From: Bdellovibrionales bacterium | GTDB taxonomy: Bacteria; Bdellovibrionota; Bdellovibrionia; Bdellovibrionales; UBA1609 | Assembly: GCA_965199825.1 (NCBI GenBank) | Contig: OZ241329.1 | Location: 224,001-288,000, forward strand | DNA: 64,000 nucleotides | Direction: 5' to 3' | In this document: piece after piece, positions 10,544 to 20,412 of the stretch | How positions within the stretch are numbered: position 1 is the stretch's first letter | How the letters are laid out: each line of letters starts with the position of its first letter | Program-made: the position numbers and the translations under genes | Notes under the pieces: model-generated | Seen by the model: the letters and a program-made list of their open reading frames with translations, nothing else | The model's database searches: none | What the model was told of the DNA's origin: nothing

Positions 10544-13500
10544 TCACTTGTACTTGTGGAGCATATTTTCAATTCGGTCCAATCGAGATTTGATTTCAGC
10601 ATTTTCTTGTTTAAGCTTTTTGTTCTCGTCCTCGAGTTTTTGAACCTGAGTATCCACTTCCACTTTATCAACCTTCGAGGCGATCATTCGGTCCTGGATA
10701 ACTTGATGACTCTTCATGCCTGTGATGCGGTTGTTGAGTGTTTTTATAGCCTCTGTAATCCAAGGAATAAAGGCGTCATAATAAACTTGTAAGAAGCCGT
10801 CTTCATCTTGACGAACGAATTCAGGCGCAACCTTTTGTACCTCTTGAGCTTTGTAACCCGTTTTGCGGTTGTCGGCTGACGAAGTCTTGAAATTATAAGT
10901 CACGGCCTGAAGTTGCAGGATCCGATCAAGAGCAAAATTGCTTGAAACATCCTGGAAGTTTTCTTTGAGTCGTTCATCTGAAGAACAGGCGATGCCTGAA
11001 CCCGAAGAAGCCGGTGTGATTGTGCATGTTCCATCAACGTTTTGGAAGTTTGCAACTGCTACACCTGTACCGACTGAAGCACTTCCCACATGAAGAAGTT
11101 TTGCTGGAGCCGTATTACCTATGCCGAGGTTGCCGTTTGAATTGAGACGCATTTTTTCAATACCCGCTTGTTGGAACTGAAGAGGAATGCCAACGGTGTA
11201 AGTGTTGATGTAAGTGTAAGGAGTAGATAAATCTCCCGCGGCACCGACCCGCAGGTCTGAGCCATACGCCCCAAATTCTGCTTGCGCGGTCCCACCACTG
11301 CCTACATAACCATTTTGAATATTTTCACCGACGCTTCCACTTGAATTCGAACCGTTGATTTGCAGATTGGTGCTCGGGTTTGTAGTCCCGATGCCGACGT
11401 TGCCGCTGACGATCATCCCGTTAGTTGGAGCTGCCGTAGTCCCAGCATAAGATCCGACGCTCATACCGCCCGCAACATCGAGTCGAGACTGTGCAATGCC
11501 GGCACCCACTATCACATTCTGGCCAGAGCTTGACTGAAGAGAGATTTGCGATCCATCAAGGGACAAGACTTTGTATTGAAAAGCATCGTGATCATAAGCT
11601 TTGATTGATCCAGTGCCGCTATTGTAATTCATTTCTATTCCAGCACCTGTTGATGGCGACGAAGTTCCCATCATTCGAGATCCTCCAGCGACATCCAAAG
11701 TTGCTGCTGGGGCCGTAGTTCCGATGCCTACGTTGCCAGCAACGTACATGTTGCCGGAGTTATCAAGCGAACTAATTAGACCGTTTGAATTCAAATATCG
11801 GACCGCAAAAGCGGTGGTTGATGGCACTCCAGTAGTCACTTGCATTGTATAAGCGTTTCCCGAACCTGGGTTGCCGGTCACTGCGAAAACGTTTGAACCG
11901 TTATAATTCAAGGTGGCCCCATATGGCCCAACATTAAAAATATTGTTTAAGTTTGTCGATCCCACTACATCGAGCGCGTTCGAAGGAGTTGTAGTACCTA
12001 TACCAACGAATCCAGTAGAAGAGATGCGCATCGCCTCTGCCCCATTCGTCGATAAACCAATTGTATTTGTAGCCGGTGAAAACATCCCCGTATTCAAATT
12101 TCCCGAAAACGCATACCCCGGCGCCGCGGCTGTTCCCGCAGCGGCAGGAAGTCCACCACTTGCCGAAGTCCATGACGGCAATCCACTAGCGAGTGTTAAA
12201 ACTTGTCCGTTCGTCCCCGCAGGCAGTCTAGAAAGTGCAGTCGTCGATGAAGCATAAAGCACGTCACCAACTGCAAACGTTGTCTGACCAGTTCCACCAT
12301 TTGCTGGCGTAACTGATCCGGTAATTTGCGACGAGGGTAAACTAATATTCGTACACGACATGACGTCGCCCACAGAATTGTAAGTGAGCGTTTGATTGCT
12401 CAAGCACGATGACGCGAATTGGTTTGTACCCGTCACTGTTGATCGAAGATCAGTCATCGCAATAAAGTTTGGAGTCCATGCAGAGCCACTCCATCTTAGC
12501 GCTTGTCCCGCAGTTGCTGGGGCTGTGGCACTCACTGCTGAGCCTTGCAGTTTAGTCACCGTGAATGCGCCGGTGTCCGCCATTGTTGCATCACCCGAGG
12601 GTGTGACTGCGGTGGCAACTCCACCGCTATTCCCAACATAGATTTTTCCATCAGCAAGTGCTGTGGACATTTTGCCGCTGAATGATGTGTAATCTGCATT
12701 TGAAAGGAGACCTGCAGTCACTGAGGCTGCTGATGCTAAAGGAATATTTAGTGTGTGAGTGCTTGTAGCTGATGTGAACGAAGGTGCAGTTCCTGTCGTT
12801 CCATTTGCAAATGTTTGCGACGGTGCAGTTAAACCATTTAAGTTTGATATTCCAGTGCCCGTTGGTGTGGACCAAGTGAGTATTCCACTGCCGTTTGTAG
12901 TCAAAGTTTGATTTGCTGTACCATCGTTCGCAGGCAAAGTCCAAACTGTGCTTCCTGCCGCAGCTGCAGGCTGAAATCCTGTATAGCCGCTTGTGGAACC
13001 CGACATGCGGATGGCACCTTTGACGTCGAGAGATGCGCCTGGGGTGGCTGTACCGACTCCAACAAAACCATTTCCAGACGGCATAAGTATGATATTTTTA
13101 GCAGCATTATGACTGATGCCGCTTGTGATATAGGTATCACCAATTGATGAATAAGCTCTGTTGAAGCTGATATTAGAATCCGCAGCCAGAACAAGAAGGC
13201 CATCAATTAAAAACTGCCCGTATTGATCGTAAGTGACATTGCCAGCGTTGGCTGATGACATCGAAAGCACAGCACCTGTTCCCGCCGGCGGTTGAAAAAC
13301 GTGAAGCAGTGCTGAGGGTGCGGTCGTGCCGATGCCGACGTTGCCGCCGGATTTCAGATAAATAGAGTTTGCAGCCGCGCCTTTTTCAACTGTAAGTGGA
13401 ACGACGCTATTTGCGCCATCACGGATTACGAAACTGGTGTTTCCATTCTCTCCAATCAACCAAGAGGACGATTGCGCGTAGAAATTAATATTACTGTAAT

Positions 13501-16500
13501 TGGAGAAATTTGAAGTCACGAGGAGACTCGCGGTCGCACTTGGATTATTTTGAGAGGTCTCAATTGCCGCCAATGCGTTCCCTGTATTGCTGTAAACATG
13601 AAGCTGTTGGGATGGGGCTGTTGTTCCAATGCCGACGTTGCCGGACGGGTCGATACGCATGCGTTCCGCATAGGCTGTTGCACCGGTCTGTTGGCCAATA
13701 ACAATTGATGGCGTTGAGCCAGAGCTATTTGAAACCGCGCCGAGATAGGCCCTTTGAAAGGTTGCAGCTCCGTTTTTCGCATCGATCGCGATCCCACTAA
13801 ATGAATTATCCGCTTGATTGGTGTTGTCGAATATTCCGGAATATCCTGGTGGCAGACTAACGGTCGAACTCGAAGGCGCATACGGTGTAGTGTTGAAGAC
13901 ATCTGCCTGCATTGTATTTTGAAAAACGGCTTGCCCCGATGTGGAGTACGAGGCTGCAACAACGTTTCCCGCACTGTCGACTTTAAATTGGCTTGAAGGT
14001 CCAACTGCTAATAACGCTCCGGGAGACGTTGTGCCAATACCGACATTGCCCGCACTAGTTAGTGTCATCTTCGTTGTATCTGTTGTACCCGTTGTGAAAT
14101 TGATGGCGCCTTGGTGAGATGTTAGGATGAGACTGCCTGAACTCACATTACCGAAAACGATATCCCCGGCCACTGACGTCGGAGAAAAATCACCAGCATT
14201 CGATGCAATTCCCCACACACTTTCTTCAAAAGTCCTACCAAGTCCGTAAGCTGAATAATAAGAGTTGTTCCCGCTGAGAACACGGATAGCAGGATTCCCG
14301 GCAGCAACAACATCGAGCTTCGCCCCAGGCGATGTCGTCCCAATTCCCACATTCCCTGAAGCATCCATACGCATGCGCTCTAAACCACCCGTACTTGCAG
14401 CAAGCGTAGAAGCCAAAGGCCTGAACCAACCCGTTCCCGTATCCCCCGCAAAAGAATAAGTGGGAGCCGCAGCACTCCCTGCCGCAGAAGTCACGGTCGC
14501 TCCACCCGTCACCGGCGAAACCATACCCGCACTAGATAAATTAAATATGTTTGTCCCACCGGCTGCAACACCAATGACATTATTGGATCCTGAATCAAAG
14601 AATCCTGTATCCGCATCACTCGAAAATGAAAGTGAAGGTGAGCCAGCTGATCCCGCGCCTGCACCCACCGTATTGTAACTTGCCGATCCGCCGCTGAGTG
14701 GAATCGCGGTGCGTGTCGTGCCTGCGGTTAAATAATAATTTGTCCCATCGTACTCGATGGCGCCGTCTTCGGCGGTGGTCATCAATGGACCAGAATTTAA
14801 TTTTAATGGAGCCGTGCCCGCAGTTGTCGTGCCCGCCTTCAATTGCAAAGTTGCGGATGGATTCGTAGTGCCGACACCCACGTTACCCTGGACAAATAAA
14901 TTTCCATTGCTGCCAAGGCCCATTAGACGAGTGCCGCCGTTATAAAACTGGTAGCCCGACAAAACATGATTGGCGCCGAAATAAAAATTTCCGCCGTTTG
15001 TATCCATCGAGATGTCATTTCCATTGCTGCCGAATGAGAATCCCGTGACTCCATGAGTTTGCATTACAAACTGTGAACCGCTTGCCGCTGCCGCATTGGT
15101 ATTGTTGATCAATATTGCTGAGGGCGCACCGCCCGCTGCATTCACATCGATTTCTAACTGAGCATTCGGAGATGTTGTTCCGATGCCCACTTTTCCTAAT
15201 GGCGAAAGCGTCATCCCAACAACATTGTTCGATTTCAAAGATAAATTAAAATTGTCTGAGGTCCCGAGTGCAGCGTCTGCACCAAAAGAATTTCCACCAT
15301 CTTTAAAATAGGTGGTGTCGAATGCACCAGTGGGTAAATCTGCTGCAGTCAATGCACGAAATGTGGGCGCGCCCACTCCACCGCTCGATGGGCCTGCGAG
15401 AACCGCGTTCTGCGCTTGGTTGGCAAAATTTGTTGCACTCACCGAAAGGCTCACGCAAGAAAATGTGTCGGTGACAGAAGAGTAACTTAAAGTTTGTGTG
15501 GAGGTGCAGTTTGTTGGCAGCAGCTGTGCACTACCCACTAAGCTTGAGCGCAAATCGGCAATGCCTAAAAATGCTGGCGCATATTGGGTCGATCCGTCAT
15601 AACGCAAAACTTGACCCGCATTTGTTGGGGTCGAACCAGAAATCGGTGTGCCTTGAAGCCCCGAAACTTTTGGCGTGGGAAAGCTTCCTGATAAATCGCC
15701 AGCCGCTGTTCCACTTAGTGCAAGGACTCCTGTGGTCGAATTATAATTGAGTGGTGCGGTTGCCGAAATCGCTGCGCGTGCAGCACTGTCGCTGTAAGGC
15801 GCACTCCACGACAGCACTCCTGCCGTTGTACTCGAGAGCACTTGTCCGTTTGCTAAAGGAGCAGCTGCGGGCCAAGTCACAGTGTAGGACGCCGACACGG
15901 TTGCAGGTGCACGAACGGTAACCGAGTTTGAAGCACTGTCGCGCAAAACTAATGACGAAGCTCCTACCGCACTGCCCGAGAAATTTCCCGAAGCATCGCG
16001 CCTAACGATCATGCTGTTGGTATCTGCAGAGGTTGCCGAGTTTGCCAACAATTCGGCGGCATGAAGATTCGATGCCGAAGATCCACCCACCGTTGAGACA
16101 GTGTTTGCACCCAAGGTGCCCGTCACATCTCCAGACAATGCGCCTGAGGCTGAACTCAAGACTTGAGTGGTTGTGCCGTTATAATATTTCACTGTGCCCG
16201 ATGTCGAATCATACCACACGCTGCCTGCAGTGGGAGTCGTGGGGGGACTCGTAGTCGCATAGCTCGGAAGAGTCGCTCCAGCCGATGAACTTGAAGACAC
16301 ATAGTTGGCATTGCCCGCAAGAAGCGAAGTCAGTTTGGGATAGTTCGAATTTGAAAATATATTAGAGAGATTAATTTGACTCAATTGAGTCGCGGAGTCC
16401 GCTTGCAAAATATTTGTTGTCGTAATGCCGTTGAGGCTCTCGGCCACTAATGCTGTGGGAACCGAATTGAGTTTCATGTCGGGCGCTAAAGTGACCTGAA

Positions 16501-16927
16501 TATTTGTGGACGATGGTAGAACAATAACCCGAAGATAGCGCATCTCTCCAGGTTGCGGATTGTAAATGCAAACTTGGCCGTTTGAAACAAGACGCCCATT
16601 GATCGCACTTAAATTTTGATAAATATTTGCCATGCTGTTGCCAGCATCGGTGGTTGAGCGCTTTGCATCCGTAGTCGCAGAGCCCACGTTGATATTAAAA
16701 TAACCATTACTTGCCGCGGTGTTGACGAGTTCAGACTCTTCATAAAGAACACAAGTTTTGTTGCTATCTAAAATCTGAACCCGAAGATTAACCGAATTGT
16801 CCATCAGCGGATTTTGGCCATTAGCCGAATTATAAAGCCGACCATCCAAAGTAAAACTTTGGGGCGCTTCGCTTAAAGCAGAAGCTTGAAAACTTATGAG
16901 AATAAGAAGAGAGATCAAATTGTCCAC
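10544..16927 (-). CDS. Giant tail-fibre-like adhesin with C-terminal peptidase S74 intramolecular chaperone and coiled coil
   Basis: 2127 aa, signal peptide, GxVGIGTTxP repeats. C-terminal SSDERLKEN...GYKAQEVQKVAPEFV...Y is the S74 signature. Confidence 0.92.
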   Translation of the reverse strand: MDNLISLLILISFQASALSEAPQSFTLDGRLYNSANGQNPLMDNSVNLRVQILDSNKTCVLYEESELVNTAASNGYFNINVGSATTDAKRSTTDAGNSMANIYQNLSAINGRLVSNGQVCIYNPQPGEMRYLRVIVLPSSTNIQVTLAPDMKLNSVPTALVAESLNGITTTNILQADSATQLSQINLSNIFSNSNYPKLTSLLAGNANYVSSSSSAGATLPSYATTSPPTTPTAGSVWYDSTSGTVKYYNGTTTQVLSSASGALSGDVTGTLGANTVSTVGGSSASNLHAAELLANSATSADTNSMIVRRDASGNFSGSAVGASSLVLRDSASNSVTVRAPATVSASYTVTWPAAAPLANGQVLSSTTAGVLSWSAPYSDSAARAAISATAPLNYNSTTGVLALSGTAAGDLSGSFPTPKVSGLQGTPISGSTPTNAGQVLRYDGSTQYAPAFLGIADLRSSLVGSAQLLPTNCTSTQTLSYSSVTDTFSCVSLSVSATNFANQAQNAVLAGPSSGGVGAPTFRALTAADLPTGAFDTTYFKDGGNSFGADAALGTSDNFNLSLKSNNVVGMTLSPLGKVGIGTTSPNAQLEIDVNAAGGAPSAILINNTNAAAASGSQFVMQTHGVTGFSFGSNGNDISMDTNGGNFYFGANHVLSGYQFYNGGTRLMGLGSNGNLFVQGNVGVGTTNPSATLQLKAGTTTAGTAPLKLNSGPLMTTAEDGAIEYDGTNYYLTAGTTRTAIPLSGGSASYNTVGAGAGSAGSPSLSFSSDADTGFFDSGSNNVIGVAAGGTNIFNLSSAGMVSPVTGGATVTSAAGSAAAPTYSFAGDTGTGWFRPLASTLAASTGGLERMRMDASGNVGIGTTSPGAKLDVVAAGNPAIRVLSGNNSYYSAYGLGRTFEESVWGIASNAGDFSPTSVAGDIVFGNVSSGSLILTSHQGAINFTTGTTDTTKMTLTSAGNVGIGTTSPGALLAVGPSSQFKVDSAGNVVAASYSTSGQAVFQNTMQADVFNTTPYAPSSSTVSLPPGYSGIFDNTNQADNSFSGIAIDAKNGAATFQRAYLGAVSNSSGSTPSIVIGQQTGATAYAERMRIDPSGNVGIGTTAPSQQLHVYSNTGNALAAIETSQNNPSATASLLVTSNFSNYSNINFYAQSSSWLIGENGNTSFVIRDGANSVVPLTVEKGAAANSIYLKSGGNVGIGTTAPSALLHVFQPPAGTGAVLSMSSANAGNVTYDQYGQFLIDGLLVLAADSNISFNRAYSSIGDTYITSGISHNAAKNIILMPSGNGFVGVGTATPGASLDVKGAIRMSGSTSGYTGFQPAAAAGSTVWTLPANDGTANQTLTTNGSGILTWSTPTGTGISNLNGLTAPSQTFANGTTGTAPSFTSATSTHTLNIPLASAASVTAGLLSNADYTSFSGKMSTALADGKIYVGNSGGVATAVTPSGDATMADTGAFTVTKLQGSAVSATAPATAGQALRWSGSAWTPNFIAMTDLRSTVTGTNQFASSCLSNQTLTYNSVGDVMSCTNISLPSSQITGSVTPANGGTGQTTFAVGDVLYASSTTALSRLPAGTNGQVLTLASGLPSWTSASGGLPAAAGTAAAPGYAFSGNLNTGMFSPATNTIGLSTNGAEAMRISSTGFVGIGTTTPSNALDVVGSTNLNNIFNVGPYGATLNYNGSNVFAVTGNPGSGNAYTMQVTTGVPSTTAFAVRYLNSNGLISSLDNSGNMYVAGNVGIGTTAPAATLDVAGGSRMMGTSSPSTGAGIEMNYNSGTGSIKAYDHDAFQYKVLSLDGSQISLQSSSGQNVIVGAGIAQSRLDVAGGMSVGSYAGTTAAPTNGMIVSGNVGIGTTNPSTNLQINGSNSSGSVGENIQNGYVGSGGTAQAEFGAYGSDLRVGAAGDLSTPYTYINTYTVGIPLQFQQAGIEKMRLNSNGNLGIGNTAPAKLLHVGSASVGTGVAVANFQNVDGTCTITPASSGSGIACSSDERLKENFQDVSSNFALDRILQLQAVTYNFKTSSADNRKTGYKAQEVQKVAPEFVRQDEDGFLQVYYDAFIPWITEAIKTLNNRITGMKSHQVIQDRMIASKVDKVEVDTQVQKLEDENKKLKQENAEIKSRLDRIENMLHKYK

Positions 16928-17001
16928 TTGAGCTTATCGACATGTTGCAAAACCAAAAGAGTCTTGCTCAATTGATTAAAGACTTAAGTCCAATATCGAT
17001 T

Positions 17002-18000
17002 CTACTTCATGTCGTAATAAGTTTTCGACCATGCATTCACCCAGACGTCTTGCTCTTCAGAATTTGCACCAGCCAAGATAAACTGATCTGCCGGCGCCCA
17101 ACTCGAGTAAACAGAAAATATAAAAAGATTGCCCAGTGAGTTCATCCAATGAATTGCCGAGGTGATGTAAGCCGCATCCCCACCGCCTGCTCCCCATTCT
17201 GAAAGCCCCACTTTTACATTTTGGCTTTGAGCAAATGTGACCAACCAATCTAAATCGAAGGCTCCACCGCTTTGAGTTTTTTGCCAGTTGCCGATGTTGG
17301 TTTGGTAAATATCCATCGACACCACATCCACATACTGAGAACCTGGCCAATAATCGAGTGGTGTGCCCGCATTTGAACCGTCGGAATAAGTGTAGGGCCC
17401 ATCTTCCCAGTTTGTGCAAAATTCGATTTGCACACCGGGAACAGTGGTGCGCAAAATTCCGACGATGCGCCTAAAAGTTGCGATGTAATTGGCTGCGGTG
17501 TTGTTTGTGCCCGCAGGACCACCGATCGACCAGGGATACCAATTTCCATTCATTTCCCAACCAATGCGAACAAACATCTTGTTGCCAGCTTGCGCTAAAG
17601 TTTGGGACATTGCGATGTAATGAGAATCATAAGCTCCCGATGCCGCCTGTCCCAAATCGGTTGCACCCACACTGTCCCAACCCGAAATCGAAAGCATCGG
17701 GAACGAAACATCAACCGCATAAGATTTTGGAATCCCACCCCACCACCATCCACTCATAACGATTGTTGCCGCACTCATATCCAGTGGACGCCCAAGCCAA
17801 GCATTCACCGATGCGAGATCTTGTTCTGCGGTGTTATCGCTTGCTGTGTAACCAATGCGGTAAGGGATCGCGACGCGGTCAGAGGCGGAACTAAGGCCTC
17901 CGCTCGACTCCAAATGTGAAGATGAAATCTTTGAACAGTTAACGAAAAAGCAAAGACTGAAAGTGCTTAAAAAAAGTGCGAGAGATTTTCGGCTGGCCAT
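17002..18000 (-). CDS. Lipoprotein, glycoside hydrolase family 26-like
   Basis: FFVNC lipobox; RIGWEMNGNWYPW, YWPGSQYVDVVSMDIY and LSEWG motifs typical of GH26. Confidence 0.8.
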   Translation of the reverse strand: MASRKSLALFLSTFSLCFFVNCSKISSSHLESSGGLSSASDRVAIPYRIGYTASDNTAEQDLASVNAWLGRPLDMSAATIVMSGWWWGGIPKSYAVDVSFPMLSISGWDSVGATDLGQAASGAYDSHYIAMSQTLAQAGNKMFVRIGWEMNGNWYPWSIGGPAGTNNTAANYIATFRRIVGILRTTVPGVQIEFCTNWEDGPYTYSDGSNAGTPLDYWPGSQYVDVVSMDIYQTNIGNWQKTQSGGAFDLDWLVTFAQSQNVKVGLSEWGAGGGDAAYITSAIHWMNSLGNLFIFSVYSSWAPADQFILAGANSEEQDVWVNAWSKTYYDMK

Positions 18001-18182
18001 TGCTCAATTTTAACTCACATCAACGAATGACACATTGATATTTCGATTTTAAATCTGAAAATGAGACAATATTTAGTAAATACCTTCGTTCACTTTATAT
18101 GTATCAAACTGGGAAGTCTTCGCCTCAGCATCAGAAACATGCTATTCTTAAAGCTAACCTGAATAATGAATCGAAATTTTTT

Positions 18183-20411
18183 ATGCAGCCCAATCGAACA
18201 AAATTATTTAAATCACTGGGCACTGCTGGATTGCTTTTTTGCCTTTTGATTCCATTTCAAAATTGCGGAAAATTATCGGCGATTTCGACTCACCTACTCG
18301 ATAGCAGCAGCACCGCCCCGACCCCGCAAGTTTTTCTGCCAGCGCCCAATGCTGAGCCCACCACAAGTTGGTTTGGCAATAGTTTCGGTAAAGCCCCTCA
18401 AGTGATGCCTCTTGATGTTGAATCTCTTTTTGTTGATCCAACGGGACATGTGTTTTCAAACGCCTATTGGTCCGAAACAGGAAATCAAAGCGGAATATTC
18501 AAAGAGGGATCAAGCCTCGCCTTTATGGAAGGGCTTCAAGGTTGGGGGCGCACCGGCGGCTATGCGGTCGCAGCCAGTGACAATTTCGTTTTTATCGCGA
18601 TGACTCAATCCGGTTGCGATGGGGGCAATGATCTTCTCAACAGCAACGGCGTGCGACAGTATCCTCCCTGCGGCACTGCTTGGATTGCGATTCGCCGTTA
18701 TGATCGCAGTGGTCATGCCGCACCGTTTGCTGGTGGCGTGGGATACGATGGTTCGATGAAAATCATAAATTCGCTCAGCACCAACGACGGTCATGTGATT
18801 CAACCCGCGATCCCGCGAGGTATGCATGTGCTCGGCACAAATCTTTATGTGGCCGACCCTGTCTCCAATCAGATTTTAATTTATTCCATTTCGGATTTGA
18901 GTGCGGTTTCGAGTTTCAATGTCACTTCGCCTTTATCAATTACCCATGATGCAAATAATTTTTTGTGGATTGGACAAACAGATGGATCGATCCGTCAATA
19001 CACCGTCTTAGGAGCGCTGACTGGACTGAGTGTTCATGTGCCAAATTTAGTCGGTCTTGCTGTGGATTTACAAAATCGGCTGCTGGTTGCCGATGGCGGA
19101 CCGGATCAAAATATAAAAATCGTAACTGGCCTCACTGCAACTCCAACTGTCACCGGATCCATCGGCGAGGTTGGTGGCGTTGGTGGTGGAAGTCTTCCCG
19201 GAGCTCTTGGTGATTTAAAATTTAATGGACTAGTTGGGGTTGGTGCCGACAACTCAGGAAATATCTACGTCGCACAAAACGGCAAAGGTGTGGCGCGCGA
19301 TGCCGGATTTAATTTTAATGTAGAAATCAAATCGTTAAGTCCAAACCTCTCTGTCAACTGGCATCTGTTTACCAATGAGTATGTCAACGGCGGAGTTTTT
19401 GATCCTCTCGGTGACGGCCAAAGTGTGTACACCACATTTATGCACTACACTTCGAGTGTTGCGGATAGTGCGACGTTCAGCCGATTTGGATTTCCCGACG
19501 ATCCCCGAAATCATATCGGCCGGGGATTTTTACATCCGATTGCTCTTCGCTGGATCAATGGTAAAAAGTTTTTGTTTATGAGCGGAATGTTTCCGGCAGG
19601 TTTATTTATTTTTAAATTTGATGGTGAACTCGCAACTCCCTCTGGCATTTTATCATCCAGTTTAATTTCAGATTCTAATTCGCAGCCCTGGCCTGTGAAT
19701 CAGCCGACCGCCAACAATGGAGCCTGGATCTGGCGCGATCAAAATGGCGATTCAAGCCAAAACAGCAACGAGTACGAAGCGGGCGACTCCGGCGGCAACG
19801 ACCGGTATGGATGGTGGGTGGATCTGAATGGCGACGTCTGGCAAGGAACTCAAGATGGTGTACGAAGGTATCAGATCCAAAGTTTAGATCCCAACGGCAA
19901 TCCGATTTATCATCTGGCCAACTCCACATTGTTTCCGCTGCCCGCAAATTTAACTTGGATTGGTCGCCTCATCCACCAAGAGGCCACCGATACCGTTTTT
20001 ATAACGGGCTACCAAGGATCTGAAACCGATGACGGATGCTGGGGCACACTCGGAAAAACTCTTGTACGATTGGATCACTTCACCACTAACCCCACAATCG
20101 CTTGGCAAACAAAAATGCCTTTTAACTGTTCCACTGGCGAAGCGCCAAAGGCGATGGACATTGCCGGACAAGCTTTGTTTACCGCAGAGTCGACAGATGG
20201 TGGCAGCGGCGGCGGATATGTGCGGGTGTATGACATCGCAACAGGAATACAAACGGTGCAATTTTATCCAGGCTCGGCTGTGGGAGGATCAAACGGTGTG
20301 AGCTGGACCGATATTCCTTATGCTCTTCATGCCTTTGAACGTCGCAACGGACAATATTTACTTTTAAATGAAGACGATCTTTTTGGAAAAATTCTGTCGT
20401 ACTCGTGGTGA
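18183..20411 (+). CDS. Lipoprotein with NHL/beta-propeller-like repeats
   Basis: IPFQNCG lipobox; GLAVD..LLVAD, LYVAD and GVGADNSGNIYVA repeats. The start is more likely 18183 than 18099. Confidence 0.75.
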   Translation: MQPNRTKLFKSLGTAGLLFCLLIPFQNCGKLSAISTHLLDSSSTAPTPQVFLPAPNAEPTTSWFGNSFGKAPQVMPLDVESLFVDPTGHVFSNAYWSETGNQSGIFKEGSSLAFMEGLQGWGRTGGYAVAASDNFVFIAMTQSGCDGGNDLLNSNGVRQYPPCGTAWIAIRRYDRSGHAAPFAGGVGYDGSMKIINSLSTNDGHVIQPAIPRGMHVLGTNLYVADPVSNQILIYSISDLSAVSSFNVTSPLSITHDANNFLWIGQTDGSIRQYTVLGALTGLSVHVPNLVGLAVDLQNRLLVADGGPDQNIKIVTGLTATPTVTGSIGEVGGVGGGSLPGALGDLKFNGLVGVGADNSGNIYVAQNGKGVARDAGFNFNVEIKSLSPNLSVNWHLFTNEYVNGGVFDPLGDGQSVYTTFMHYTSSVADSATFSRFGFPDDPRNHIGRGFLHPIALRWINGKKFLFMSGMFPAGLFIFKFDGELATPSGILSSSLISDSNSQPWPVNQPTANNGAWIWRDQNGDSSQNSNEYEAGDSGGNDRYGWWVDLNGDVWQGTQDGVRRYQIQSLDPNGNPIYHLANSTLFPLPANLTWIGRLIHQEATDTVFITGYQGSETDDGCWGTLGKTLVRLDHFTTNPTIAWQTKMPFNCSTGEAPKAMDIAGQALFTAESTDGGSGGGYVRVYDIATGIQTVQFYPGSAVGGSNGVSWTDIPYALHAFERRNGQYLLLNEDDLFGKILSYSW

Positions 20412-20412
20412 T

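Noticed and set aside
1859..16571. Dozens of short antisense and alternative-frame ORFs inside the fibre genes
   Set aside because: Shadow ORFs produced by Gly/Ala/Thr/Ser-rich codon usage; they recur with the repeated modules.
1603..16927. Prophage, or diversity-generating retroelement
   Set aside because: The fibres have Sec signal peptides and no capsid, terminase or integrase is present. There is no reverse transcriptase and no evident adenine-specific TR/VR pair.
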